This document shows, piece by piece, positions 7,196 through 15,873 of a stretch of 47,551 nt of DNA. The notes under the pieces were generated by a model. The model had not been told where the DNA came from, did not search any database, and saw nothing but the letters and a program-made list of their open reading frames with translations. Source of the DNA: an uncultured Polyangiales bacterium (GTDB lineage Bacteria; Myxococcota_A; Polyangia; Polyangiales; DASUME01); NCBI GenBank assembly GCA_964398415.1, contig CAYNOM010000001.1, forward strand, positions 1 to 47,551, in the 5' to 3' direction. The position numbers were made by a program, and so were the translations under genes. Each line of letters starts with the position of its first letter. Position 1 is the stretch's first letter.

Positions 7196-9222
7196 GCCGC
7201 CGTTCGCTCGCGCACCCAGCGCTCGAAGTCGGAGGCCGACAGGGGCTCGGCGAAGAAAAAGCCCTGCGCGCGCGGGCAGCCGAGCGCGCGCAACATGTCC
7301 CACTGACGCTGCGTCTCGACGCCCTCGGCCACCGCCGTGATGTTGAGATTTCTGGCCAAATTGACCAGGGAGCGCACGATCTGGGCTCCCCCCTCACGCG
7401 TCTCCACACCGTGCACGAAGGCGGTCTCGATCTTGAGAAAGTCGACGCGGAAGCGATGCAGATAACTGAGCGACGAGTAGCCGGTGCCGAAGTCGTCCAT
7501 GCACAGCTTCACGCCCTGCTGCCTGAGCTCGTCGAACAGCGCGCTGCCACTCGGCACCTCCTCGAGGATCACGTCTTCGGTCACCTCCACGCACAGCCGC
7601 GCGGGATCGAAGCCCGTGCTCTGCAGGATCACGTCGATGCGCGCCGACAGATCGGGACGCCGGATCTGCTTCGGAGAGAGGTTCACGTGCGCGGTCCATG
7701 TACCTTCGGGGACGAGCTCTGCGACGCGTCGGCCAACCTCGCAGGCATCGTTGAGCACGAGGTCGCCCAGATCCATGATGAGCCCCGTCTCCTCGGCCAA
7801 CTCGATGAACTCGCGCGGCAAGAGCAGGCCCTGGGTCGGATGGCGCCAGCGCGGCAGCGCCTCGAACCCCGCAAAGCCGCCCGCGCCGTCGACGATCGGC
7901 TGATAGAACACCTCGAGCTGCCCCTCGGCGAGCCCGCTCCTCAGCTCGTTCTCGAGGGTCAGACGCTGCACGGCGCGATCGCGCATCGTGGGGTCGAAGA
8001 GGGCCCACTGGCCTCGGCCTTGGGCCTTCGCGCGGTACATCGCGGTGTCGGCGTCGCGCACGATGTCGGCCGGGGTGTCGGTGCCGCTGCCGGTGACGAC
8101 GATGCCGATGCTGCAGCCGCTGGTCACGGCGCGGCCCTTGATCAACACCGGATCGAGCAGCGCGCGCCGCACCCGTCCCGCCACGTCGATCGCGTCTTCG
8201 ACCATCGCCACGTCCTGAAGCAGCAACGCGAACTCGTCGCCTCCGAGCCTCGCCACCGTGTCTTCGGTGCGAACGCAGGTGCGCAGGCGCTCGGCCACCG
8301 CGAGCAAGAGGCCGTCTCCCGCGGAGTGTCCGAGACTGTCGTTCACGCGCTTGAAGCGATCGAGGTCGATCAACAGCACGGCGATGCGCGTCCCGCGTCC
8401 ATCGCGACAACGCAAGAGGGCCTGACGCAGGCGATCGTTGAACAGGCTGCGGTTGGCGAGCCCCGTGAGAGGATCGCGAAACGCGTGAAAGCGCAGCTCT
8501 TGCTCCGCGCTCTTGCGAGCGCTGATGTCCGTGGTCCAGCCCGTGAGCAAGGTGGGACGCGAGGCGTCGATGGCGCTTGCCACCCCCCGCACGTGCACCC
8601 AAAGATAGGTGCCGTCGGAGCAGCGCAGCCGGTGCTCATGCTCGAGCCGCGGCGTGAGCCCCTGCAGATGCTCGTCGATCGCCTGCCTCAGTTCCTCGAT
8701 GTCCTCAGAGTGCACGCGCGTCAGCCACTCGTCGATGTGTGCACCAAGCTGCGCGCGCGTGTGTCCGAGCATCTCGCAGAAGCGCTCGGAGAAGTACGTG
8801 CGCCCCGTCTCGAGCTCCCACTCCCACAGGCCGTCGTTCGCGCCGCGCGCCGCGCGCTCGTAGCGCTGCTCGCACTCCTTTTGGTAGAGGTAGGCCGCGC
8901 GCAAACGCTCGAACAACAGACCGAACACGAAGCCCACGCCCGCAGTCACCACGTTGACGAACAGGCTCGTGCCGATCGCATCGGAGCCTGGCAAGCGATA
9001 GGCGAGCACGAGATGAAGCGGCGCGAACGCGAGCGCGGTCATGAGCCCGCCGCGCGCACCGAAGGCCCACGCGGCAAGGCCCACCGGGATCGTGCACAAC
9101 GGGCCGAGGATCACGCCGTAGTTGAGCGCAACCCAAGACACGACGAGCGAGTACACCGCGGCACTCGACGCTACGTACCAGCGCCAGCGTACCTGGGCAC
9201 GCCTGTCTGCCTCTCGAGCCAT
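7186..9222 (-). CDS. membrane-anchored PAS-GGDEF-EAL protein (c-di-GMP cyclase/phosphodiesterase), copy 2
   Basis: 678-aa ORF with the same architecture as copy 1: YERAARGANDGLWEWELETGRTYFS, RTEDTVARLGGDEF, EALPRW, DDFGTGYSSL and EGVE. Confidence 0.9.
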   Translation of the reverse strand: MAREADRRAQVRWRWYVASSAAVYSLVVSWVALNYGVILGPLCTIPVGLAAWAFGARGGLMTALAFAPLHLVLAYRLPGSDAIGTSLFVNVVTAGVGFVFGLLFERLRAAYLYQKECEQRYERAARGANDGLWEWELETGRTYFSERFCEMLGHTRAQLGAHIDEWLTRVHSEDIEELRQAIDEHLQGLTPRLEHEHRLRCSDGTYLWVHVRGVASAIDASRPTLLTGWTTDISARKSAEQELRFHAFRDPLTGLANRSLFNDRLRQALLRCRDGRGTRIAVLLIDLDRFKRVNDSLGHSAGDGLLLAVAERLRTCVRTEDTVARLGGDEFALLLQDVAMVEDAIDVAGRVRRALLDPVLIKGRAVTSGCSIGIVVTGSGTDTPADIVRDADTAMYRAKAQGRGQWALFDPTMRDRAVQRLTLENELRSGLAEGQLEVFYQPIVDGAGGFAGFEALPRWRHPTQGLLLPREFIELAEETGLIMDLGDLVLNDACEVGRRVAELVPEGTWTAHVNLSPKQIRRPDLSARIDVILQSTGFDPARLCVEVTEDVILEEVPSGSALFDELRQQGVKLCMDDFGTGYSSLSYLHRFRVDFLKIETAFVHGVETREGGAQIVRSLVNLARNLNITAVAEGVETQRQWDMLRALGCPRAQGFFFAEPLSASDFERWVRERTAACA

Positions 9223-9335
9223 CCCCTGTTTAACTTTTACCAGCGCCCACTTGCACGCGGTCGGTGTTTTCGCGTGCAGCCGGGCGATCTTGGGCGAGCA
9301 CGGCCTACAGGGGGGCTCTCGGTCGTACCAGTCGC

Positions 9336-10502
9336 TCAGCCGTTCCAGCGGGGCGAAAGCTCCGCGGAAAGGGCGCCCGCGTAGCGTTCGACGCGACAGC
9401 GCCCAAAGCCCGGAATGCGCTCCAGCAGAGGGATCTCGAGCGCGTCGAGACCCGCGAGGTCGGACACACAGTGTCCCGGCAACACCACCTGTGGGTCGAC
9501 CTTGCGTGCCTGCGCATGACGTGTGCGAAAGTCGGTGAGCAGCTTACGCCGCCGCTTTCGGAGCTCGAGCTCCTGGGCGCTCGGCGCAGGCGGGCACAGG
9601 GTGCGCACCTCATCGCCGGGGGCATCGGCCTCGCGCGCTGCACGGCGCAGCGCGTCGAACAGCGCTTCGCCGTGAACGCTCGCACGACCCGAGAGCGCGC
9701 GCGTGAGCGCAGCCAGGTCGGCGGGAGGACGGGTCGCGAGGTGCACGAGAAGCTGGTTGTTGATGAGGCGGCCGGGTGGCAGGTCGTGCTGCTCGGCCAG
9801 GCCCTCGCGCACCTCGGCCAGCGCGCGCAGGGCGGCACGCTCCCTCGGCATGAGCTGACCTGCGCCTTTGACGCGCATCCAGGCTGGCTGGTCGGGCACG
9901 GGTTTCTGCGCCTGCGCAAGCGCAAAGGCGCACTCCTCGCGCACCTCGTCCTCGATGCCCTGGGCCCTCACCTCGGCGAGCAGCCCCGCCGCGAGCTGTG
10001 GCAGGTAGCGCACATCGTCGGCCAAGTAGCGCAGCATCGCGTCGTCGAGGGGCCGCTTGCCCCAGTCAGCCTGCTGGTGGCCCTTCTCGAGCACGATCCC
10101 GAAGCGCGCGGAGAGCAGGCTCGACAGACCCGTGGCCGCGATGCCGAGAAAGCGTGCCGCCACCGCCGTGTCGAAGACCCTGCCCAGACTGACGCCGTAG
10201 GCCTTGAGCATGCGCGCATCGAACGCCGCGTCGTGGATGATCTTCTCGGGCCCCTCGGCACCGAGCAGCGGCGCGAGCAGGGGCCCCGCATCGAAGGCCA
10301 GCGTGTCGACGATGCTGAGCTCGGTGGCGACGCCGAGCTGCAGGGTGCACAGCCGACCACGGTAGCGAAACATGCCGTCGCCTTCGCCGTCGAGGGCGAG
10401 CTGCGCTGTGCCGCACGTGCGCTCGAGGAAGGCCGAGAGGGCCTCCTCGGTCACGATCAAGCGCTCGGCGAGCTGTGCGTCGAGCGTCCCCTCGCTCGCC
10501 AT
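9336..10502 (-). CDS. rnd: ribonuclease D (DEDDy 3'-5' exonuclease plus HRDC domain)
   Basis: 388-aa ORF. The exonuclease motifs are LALDGEG (DxE), HDAAFDARML and YLADDVRYL (Yx3D). The C-terminal HRDC-like region reads RAALRALAEVREGLAEQHDLPPGRLINNQLL. Confidence 0.85.
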   Translation of the reverse strand: MASEGTLDAQLAERLIVTEEALSAFLERTCGTAQLALDGEGDGMFRYRGRLCTLQLGVATELSIVDTLAFDAGPLLAPLLGAEGPEKIIHDAAFDARMLKAYGVSLGRVFDTAVAARFLGIAATGLSSLLSARFGIVLEKGHQQADWGKRPLDDAMLRYLADDVRYLPQLAAGLLAEVRAQGIEDEVREECAFALAQAQKPVPDQPAWMRVKGAGQLMPRERAALRALAEVREGLAEQHDLPPGRLINNQLLVHLATRPPADLAALTRALSGRASVHGEALFDALRRAAREADAPGDEVRTLCPPAPSAQELELRKRRRKLLTDFRTRHAQARKVDPQVVLPGHCVSDLAGLDALEIPLLERIPGFGRCRVERYAGALSAELSPRWNG

Positions 10503-10505
10503 CGC

Positions 10506-10877
10506 TCAGTCCCGCTCCGGTGCGTTGATCTGGCTCAACGCAAATTGCACGGCCTTGCGCGCACGCACCCGCTCGTGGTCGAGCAGCTCGGACAGGAGCG
10601 ACAGCCCCTCGGGCGTGTCGAGCACCTCCCTGAGCTGTGCAGGAACCGCGATCGTCAGGGGCTTGAGCTCGGTTTCGCTGATCAAATCGACCGTCACACC
10701 CAAGGCCTGGGCCAGCGAGCGCACGTGGTTGATGCTGGGATCGGCAACCTGTCCGGCTTCGAGACGCGCGATGGTGCGCGGGCTGATTCCGACCTTTTCG
10801 GCCAGCTCGGGCTGGCTCATCCCCCGCACCTTGCGCAGCGTGCGCAGGTTGGCGGCGATGACGTCCTTCGTGCTCAT
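10506..10877 (-). CDS. XRE-family helix-turn-helix transcriptional regulator
   Basis: ORF 10506..10919, with the likely start at MSTKDVIAANLRTLRKVRGMSQPELAEKVGISPRTIARLEAG, a Cro/C1-type HTH. Its stop lies 3 nt before the rnd ATG. Confidence 0.85.
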   Translation of the reverse strand: MSTKDVIAANLRTLRKVRGMSQPELAEKVGISPRTIARLEAGQVADPSINHVRSLAQALGVTVDLISETELKPLTIAVPAQLREVLDTPEGLSLLSELLDHERVRARKAVQFALSQINAPERD

Positions 10878-10935
10878 GGGCCGACAATAGTGGCGTTCGG
10901 GAAAGGCACAAGCAGACAATGCGCTCGCGTGGCGA

Positions 10936-12231
10936 TCAGACCCTCAGGCGCTCGAGGACGTCGAAATAGCTCGGGAACGTCTTCGACACGCAGTCTGGGT
11001 CGAGGATCTCGATACCGGGACAGCGCAGGCCGAGCAGCGCAAAGCTCATGGCCATGCGGTGGTCGTCGTAGGTCGACACGGCACCGGGGTGCGGCAGGCC
11101 GGGATGCACCACGTAACCGTCGGCCTCCTCTTCGGCGCGCACGCCGAGCCGATTCAGCTCGGCGACCACGGCCGCCACGCGATCAGTCTCCTTCTTGCGG
11201 ATGAAGCCGATGCCCGTCACCCGCGTGGGCGTCGTGGCGAAGGGCGCGACCGCGGCCAGGGTCTGGGCCACGTCGGAGAGATCGGCCATGTCGACCTCCA
11301 CACCCACGAGACGACCGTTCTCGGGCCCGCACACCTCGGTGAAGTCGTCGCCTTCGTGCACACGGCAGCCCATGCGCGCGAGGATGTGCACGAGACCGCG
11401 GTCGCCCTGCAAAGAGCGGGTTCCGAGGCCGTTCACGCGCACGCGACCGCCGCAGATGGCCGCCGCCGCAAAGAAGTACGACGCGGCCGAGGCATCGGGC
11501 TCGATGCGGTAAGCGCGGCCTCGATAGCGTTGGCCGCCGGGGATCACGATGCGACGCTCACCCTCGCGCTCGAGCGTGGCGCCGAAGTCGCGCATGGCCT
11601 GGGCCGTCATCTCGAGGTAGGGCCGGGACACGAGCTCGCCCTCGAGGTCGAGGATGAGCCCGTCGCGCATGCACGGCGCACCCATCATCAACCCGCTGAT
11701 GTACTGGGAGCTGATGTGACCGGCGATGCGCACCTGCCCGCCGACCAAGCTGCCGCCGTAGACGCGGATCGGCACGCAGCCAGGCTCGCCGAGGCTCTCG
11801 ACCCGCACGTTCAGCGAGGAGAGCGCGTCGAGCAGCGGCGCGATGGGGCGATGACGCATGCGCTCGATGCCGTCGAGCTCGTAGGTGCCCGCTCCGAGCG
11901 CCATCACCACGGGCAGAAAGCGCGCCGCCGTGCCCGCGTTTCCGACGAAGCAGCGGGCGCTCGCGGCCGGCACACGTCCCGCTGCGCCCATCACGTGCAA
12001 GGTGCTCGCCGCCTCGTCGGCCGTCACCGCGACGCCGAGCTCGCGCAGAGCTTCGGCCATGTAGCGCGTGTCGTCGCTGAACAAGGCGCCGCTCAGCTCG
12101 GTGGGGCCCTCGGCGAGCGCGGCGAGCACGAGCGCGCGGTTCGTGTAGCTCTTGGAGCCGACCACCTCGACGTCGTGGTCGAGCGGCCGAGGGAGAGGGT
12201 GAATCACGCGAGACTCGGTCATGGGCGCCAC
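10936..12231 (-). CDS. aroA: 3-phosphoshikimate 1-carboxyvinyltransferase (EPSP synthase)
   Basis: 431-aa ORF with GSKSYTNRALVLAALAEGPTELSGALFSDDTRYMAEALRELG and the C-terminal DHRMAMSFALLGL signature. Confidence 0.93.
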   Translation of the reverse strand: MAPMTESRVIHPLPRPLDHDVEVVGSKSYTNRALVLAALAEGPTELSGALFSDDTRYMAEALRELGVAVTADEAASTLHVMGAAGRVPAASARCFVGNAGTAARFLPVVMALGAGTYELDGIERMRHRPIAPLLDALSSLNVRVESLGEPGCVPIRVYGGSLVGGQVRIAGHISSQYISGLMMGAPCMRDGLILDLEGELVSRPYLEMTAQAMRDFGATLEREGERRIVIPGGQRYRGRAYRIEPDASAASYFFAAAAICGGRVRVNGLGTRSLQGDRGLVHILARMGCRVHEGDDFTEVCGPENGRLVGVEVDMADLSDVAQTLAAVAPFATTPTRVTGIGFIRKKETDRVAAVVAELNRLGVRAEEEADGYVVHPGLPHPGAVSTYDDHRMAMSFALLGLRCPGIEILDPDCVSKTFPSYFDVLERLRV

Positions 12232-12234
12232 AGC

Positions 12235-13932
12235 CTAGCGGAAGGTCCAGGACCGGGGCCAGCCCCGCGTGGGACGGCGCCACCACGCAAGGCTCAGCAG
12301 GATGCCGAGTGCGCTCAGCAGAAGCGCTGGCACCAGCGTCGCGGGCAGGTAGCGCACCTCGATGTCGTGCTTGCCCGCGGGCAGATCGAGGGCGAGCTTG
12401 CCTTCGTGCTCGAGGATCTCGCCGATGTTGGTACGAAAGCCGGGCGCGTAGTTCTGATTCACGAGCAGCCGACCGGGCCCGTCCATGTGCACCTCGAGCC
12501 ACACGCGGTTGTTGGTGCGTGAGAAGGCGAGCAGCTCGCCCGTGCCTTGCAGCAGCCGCGCCTGCGGCCGATCGCCCGTCCAGAGGCCCTTGGCGGGCTT
12601 GAACGCCATGGCCTCGTAGCAACCGCGCGAGCCGAGGTGCATGCGCGGAAAGCTCGCGTAGTGGCGCCGATAGTTGAGCGTCGACAAGTGGTAGCGCTCT
12701 GCGACGAAGTCGGAGCGGACGGGGGGGTACGCCCAGCGGTTGATCGTCGGAAAGTGTACGATGAGCATGTCCGCGCAGATGCCCGCGATGACCAGGTAAG
12801 CCGCCGGTGCGAGCCTGGGGAAGCGCCCGCGCAGCACCTCGAGACCCACCCCGGCCAAGAGCCCCAGGTACAGCGTGAACAACACGGCGAAGCGCGTCGG
12901 CACGCGCAGAGACTCGTAGACCGGCAGCGCATGCAGCAATTCCCAGGGCGAAGCCGGCCCACGGTCACCCATCATCAGCCCGAGAAACACCGCGAGCCCG
13001 ACGGCCACGCGGAACCGGCGCCGCGCAAGTGACCACAGAAGCCCGAGCGCCGACAGGGTGAGGACCCCATACCCCACGTACGTGACGTACTCCGGCCACA
13101 CGAAGGGATGACCTTCGTAGCGAAAGCCGTGCTTGCGCACCGTGAGCATCTCGATCACCTCGGCGAAGGTGATGCCGTCCCTGCTCTGCATGGGGCGTGG
13201 GTTGCGCCTGAGCTCGTCCGCCATCGGCACGAGACGGATCGCGCCCGCAAGCGCCGTGAGGACGCCGCTCACGACACCCGCAAGCAGGATGCCTCGGACG
13301 TTCTCGCGCATCACGAGCCTGACGAAAGCGTCGAACGAAAGCAGCAGAACGAAGTAGGGAAACGGGTACACCCCGCCCTCGAGCAGGGTAAGGACGAGCA
13401 GCGCTGCGACGCTCACCGCATGGCGCGCGTCCGTCGCCGCCGCCCGCCACGCGAGGAGAAGCCACGGCGCGAGGTAGAACGGCATGAACGCGCTGTGGCC
13501 GCCCGAGCCGTGGGAAGCGAAGAAGCCCGAGGCCGCCCACGTCAAGCTCGCGAGGATGGCACCCGCCACGCCGAGGTCGTGCTTGCGCGCGAGCAGGTAC
13601 ATCCCGGCAAAACCGGCCCAGGCGTGCACGAGCACGAACAGCTTGGAGCCGAGCGTCGGCCCAGCGAGGAGTGCGAGCAGGTACGTGGGCGCGAAGTGTT
13701 GGCTCTGAGGGTTTCCGAGGATGGTGATGCCGCCGCAATGGTACGGATCCCACAGCGGCCACTCCCCATGACGCGTGAGCGCGACGTAGCCCGCCTCCCA
13801 CATGTGATGGAAGAACTGCCAATCGCCGAAGCCCGTGGCGTAGGGGTCGCGAAACGCCGGAAACCACAGGAGCAGCGCGGCCAGGAAGGAGCCGAGCGCG
13901 ATGAGCCACGTCGTACGAGAGCAGGGAAGCAT
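12235..13932 (-). CDS. large polytopic membrane protein, possibly a GT-C/YfhO-like glycosyltransferase fold (function uncertain)
   Basis: ORF 12235..14178. I placed the start at ATG 13932 (MLPCSRTTWLIALGSFLAALLLW) because the upstream extension is Arg-rich and overlaps the next gene. The protein has many hydrophobic helices and a soluble C-terminal domain. Its stop lies 3 nt before the aroA start. Confidence 0.6.
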   Translation of the reverse strand: MLPCSRTTWLIALGSFLAALLLWFPAFRDPYATGFGDWQFFHHMWEAGYVALTRHGEWPLWDPYHCGGITILGNPQSQHFAPTYLLALLAGPTLGSKLFVLVHAWAGFAGMYLLARKHDLGVAGAILASLTWAASGFFASHGSGGHSAFMPFYLAPWLLLAWRAAATDARHAVSVAALLVLTLLEGGVYPFPYFVLLLSFDAFVRLVMRENVRGILLAGVVSGVLTALAGAIRLVPMADELRRNPRPMQSRDGITFAEVIEMLTVRKHGFRYEGHPFVWPEYVTYVGYGVLTLSALGLLWSLARRRFRVAVGLAVFLGLMMGDRGPASPWELLHALPVYESLRVPTRFAVLFTLYLGLLAGVGLEVLRGRFPRLAPAAYLVIAGICADMLIVHFPTINRWAYPPVRSDFVAERYHLSTLNYRRHYASFPRMHLGSRGCYEAMAFKPAKGLWTGDRPQARLLQGTGELLAFSRTNNRVWLEVHMDGPGRLLVNQNYAPGFRTNIGEILEHEGKLALDLPAGKHDIEVRYLPATLVPALLLSALGILLSLAWWRRPTRGWPRSWTFR

Positions 13933-13973
13933 ACTGAGATGCGGGAGCCTACGCGATCGCTCGCCGCACGGCC

Positions 13974-14708
13974 CTAGAACGTGAAGGTGAGCCCGACGAA
14001 GGCGGCCTTGCTGCCGCGCGACACCCAGGGCGCCCAGCTGGCGCTCTGGGGCACGAAGTAGCGGTAGGTATCGAGCGCCGCGGGCACGAGCAGCGAGAGC
14101 GACAGAAGCCGCCCGTCGAAGCCCGACATCTGGCGCATGCCGCCGAGATCGCCGTGGGGATCGGACAGCCCCGTCCACTCGCCCGCGATGTAGAGCGCCG
14201 ACAGAAACACGTTGAACAGCAGCATGCCCTTCTGAAAGGGCAGGTCGCGATGACGTAGATCGGGATGGCGCGAGAGGATGATCTCGTCGGTCAGATGCTG
14301 CACGTTGAAGCCCGCGGAGACGATGAAGTACTTGCCGCGGCGTCCTGCCTCGAAGGGATCGCCGTGACGGTCGATGCAGCGCTCGCCGTCACACTGGATG
14401 CGCGGCGCGATGGCGAAGAAGGGGACGAAGCCCCACACCATCAGTCCGTCGAACACCGGCACGTTGCCGAGCAGCAGGTTGGCCGCGACGTGTCCCGCCT
14501 CGTGGGCGACGAAGGCGCTGACGAAGCCGAGGCTTCCGAGCCCCACCCGACGCGCCAAGGACGACTCGCGCTCCTCGGCGGCGGAGGTCACGACGAGGGA
14601 CGGAGCGCTCGTCGCAGGCTCGGCCCGAGCAGATTCTGAAAGCGCTCCCATGACGAGCGTGCAGGCCACGACGAGCGAGAGCTGGGCGAGCCAGCGCCGG
14701 CGATACAC
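13974..14708 (-). CDS. secreted or membrane protein with an HExxH motif (putative zinc metalloprotease-like)
   Basis: 244-aa ORF with a signal peptide (MYRRRWLAQLSLVVACTLVMGALSESARA), the motif FVAHEAGHV (HExxH), hydrophobic segments and a C-terminal ...GLTFTF. Confidence 0.55.
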   Translation of the reverse strand: MYRRRWLAQLSLVVACTLVMGALSESARAEPATSAPSLVVTSAAEERESSLARRVGLGSLGFVSAFVAHEAGHVAANLLLGNVPVFDGLMVWGFVPFFAIAPRIQCDGERCIDRHGDPFEAGRRGKYFIVSAGFNVQHLTDEIILSRHPDLRHRDLPFQKGMLLFNVFLSALYIAGEWTGLSDPHGDLGGMRQMSGFDGRLLSLSLLVPAALDTYRYFVPQSASWAPWVSRGSKAAFVGLTFTF

Positions 14709-14800
14709 AAATCTTTACCTTCCCGAAACGCGACTCTACCGATGGGTACGCCTCTCTCGCGCGTTTCACCAGCGAACCACGAAGCAAGGATGGTAACTCC

Positions 14801-15334
14801 ATGAAGAAGGCCCTCGTACTTTCCATCGTCGCGACCCTGGTCGGATCGAGCCTGGCGCTCGCCCAGCCCACAGAGGAGGAGCGCTCCGCCAAGCACGAGG
14901 CGCGCGCGGAGCGGCACTTCGCGAAGCTCGACCAGAATGGCGACGGCAAGGTGACCAAGGCAGAGTTGGTCGCCGCCCATGAACAGCGCTTCGACGCCAT
15001 GGACCAAAACCGCGACGGCAAGGTGACCCAAGAGGAGCGCAAGGCGGCCAAGGAAGCTCGGCGCGCCGAAATGCTGGCCAAGCACCCCGAGTGGGCCAAC
15101 AAGGCAGGCAAGGGCAAGCGGGGCCACTTCGGCAAGCGGGGCGACTGCGGCCACCACGACGCCGAGGTGACGCGAGCCGACGCGCGTCAGCGAGCCGAGC
15201 AGCGCTTCGCGAAGCTCGACGAGAACGGCGACGGCGCGCTGACACGCGAGGAGCTCGCTGCGGCCCCCTGGCACGGTCGAGGCCGCGGACACGGCCATAG
15301 CCACGGCGGACGCGGCCCCGCGCAGACGCTGTGA
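14801..15334 (+). CDS. secreted EF-hand calcium-binding protein with a His/Gly-rich tail
   Basis: 177-aa ORF with a signal peptide (MKKALVLSIVATLVGSSLALA). It carries three canonical EF loops: DQNGDGKVTKAE, DQNRDGKVTQEE and DENGDGALTREE. The C-terminus is HGRGRGHGHSHGGRG. Confidence 0.85.
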   Translation: MKKALVLSIVATLVGSSLALAQPTEEERSAKHEARAERHFAKLDQNGDGKVTKAELVAAHEQRFDAMDQNRDGKVTQEERKAAKEARRAEMLAKHPEWANKAGKGKRGHFGKRGDCGHHDAEVTRADARQRAEQRFAKLDENGDGALTREELAAAPWHGRGRGHGHSHGGRGPAQTL

Positions 15335-15381
15335 GCGGAGCCGCCGACGCACCCGACCCGAGGAGCTGCTACCCTGCGCGC

Positions 15382-15873
15382 ATGGGCGGCCGTTCGCGCG
15401 AGAGAAACCGAGGCAGGGCACCGAGCGCCATCGGTGAGCTGATGCGCGCGGCGTACCCCTCGCGCGAGCCGGCCGATGTGGCTGCCATTCGAGCCTTCAG
15501 ATGGTGGCGCAAGGCCGTGCCAGAGCGCGTCCTTCGGCGTGCACGACCAGTGCGCCTGGTGCGCGGGGTGCTGTACATCCACACGGCCACGAGCGCCTGG
15601 GCCGCCGAGCTCGACATGCTCAAAGAAGAGCTGCTCGCGTCCGTGCGTGAGCAGGCGCCCGAGGCGGGCATCTGCGACCTGCGCTTTCGCGTCGGCCCCT
15701 TGCCGGAGCTGCCCAAGGGCACGCGCCCCGAAAAGCCCCGCCCTGCCCCGATCGTGCTCGCGACGCTGCCGGAAGAGCTGGCTCGCGCCCTGTCGCGCAT
15801 CGATGACGACGCCCTGCGCGACGCCATCGGCGGTGCGGCGAGTGTGGTCCTCGGTCGCGATCCCCGACGATGA
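15382..15873 (+). CDS. DUF721/DciA-like protein
   Basis: ORF 15331..15873 with the likely start at ATG 15382 (MGGRSRERN...). The block AIRAFRWWRKAVPERVLRRARPVRLVRGVLYIHTATSAWAAELDMLKEELL matches the DUF721 pattern. Confidence 0.65.
   Translation: MGGRSRERNRGRAPSAIGELMRAAYPSREPADVAAIRAFRWWRKAVPERVLRRARPVRLVRGVLYIHTATSAWAAELDMLKEELLASVREQAPEAGICDLRFRVGPLPELPKGTRPEKPRPAPIVLATLPEELARALSRIDDDALRDAIGGAASVVLGRDPRR

Noticed and set aside
7394-12622. Long ORFs 7394..8602 (-), 7411..9384 (+), 9264..11204 (+), 10066..10911 (-), 11059..12522 (+) and 11558..12622 (-).
   Set aside because: All overlap well-supported genes (GGDEF-EAL copy 2, rnd, XRE, aroA, membrane protein) in other frames or antisense. 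Their composition is low-complexity and Arg/His/Asp-rich, with no domains.
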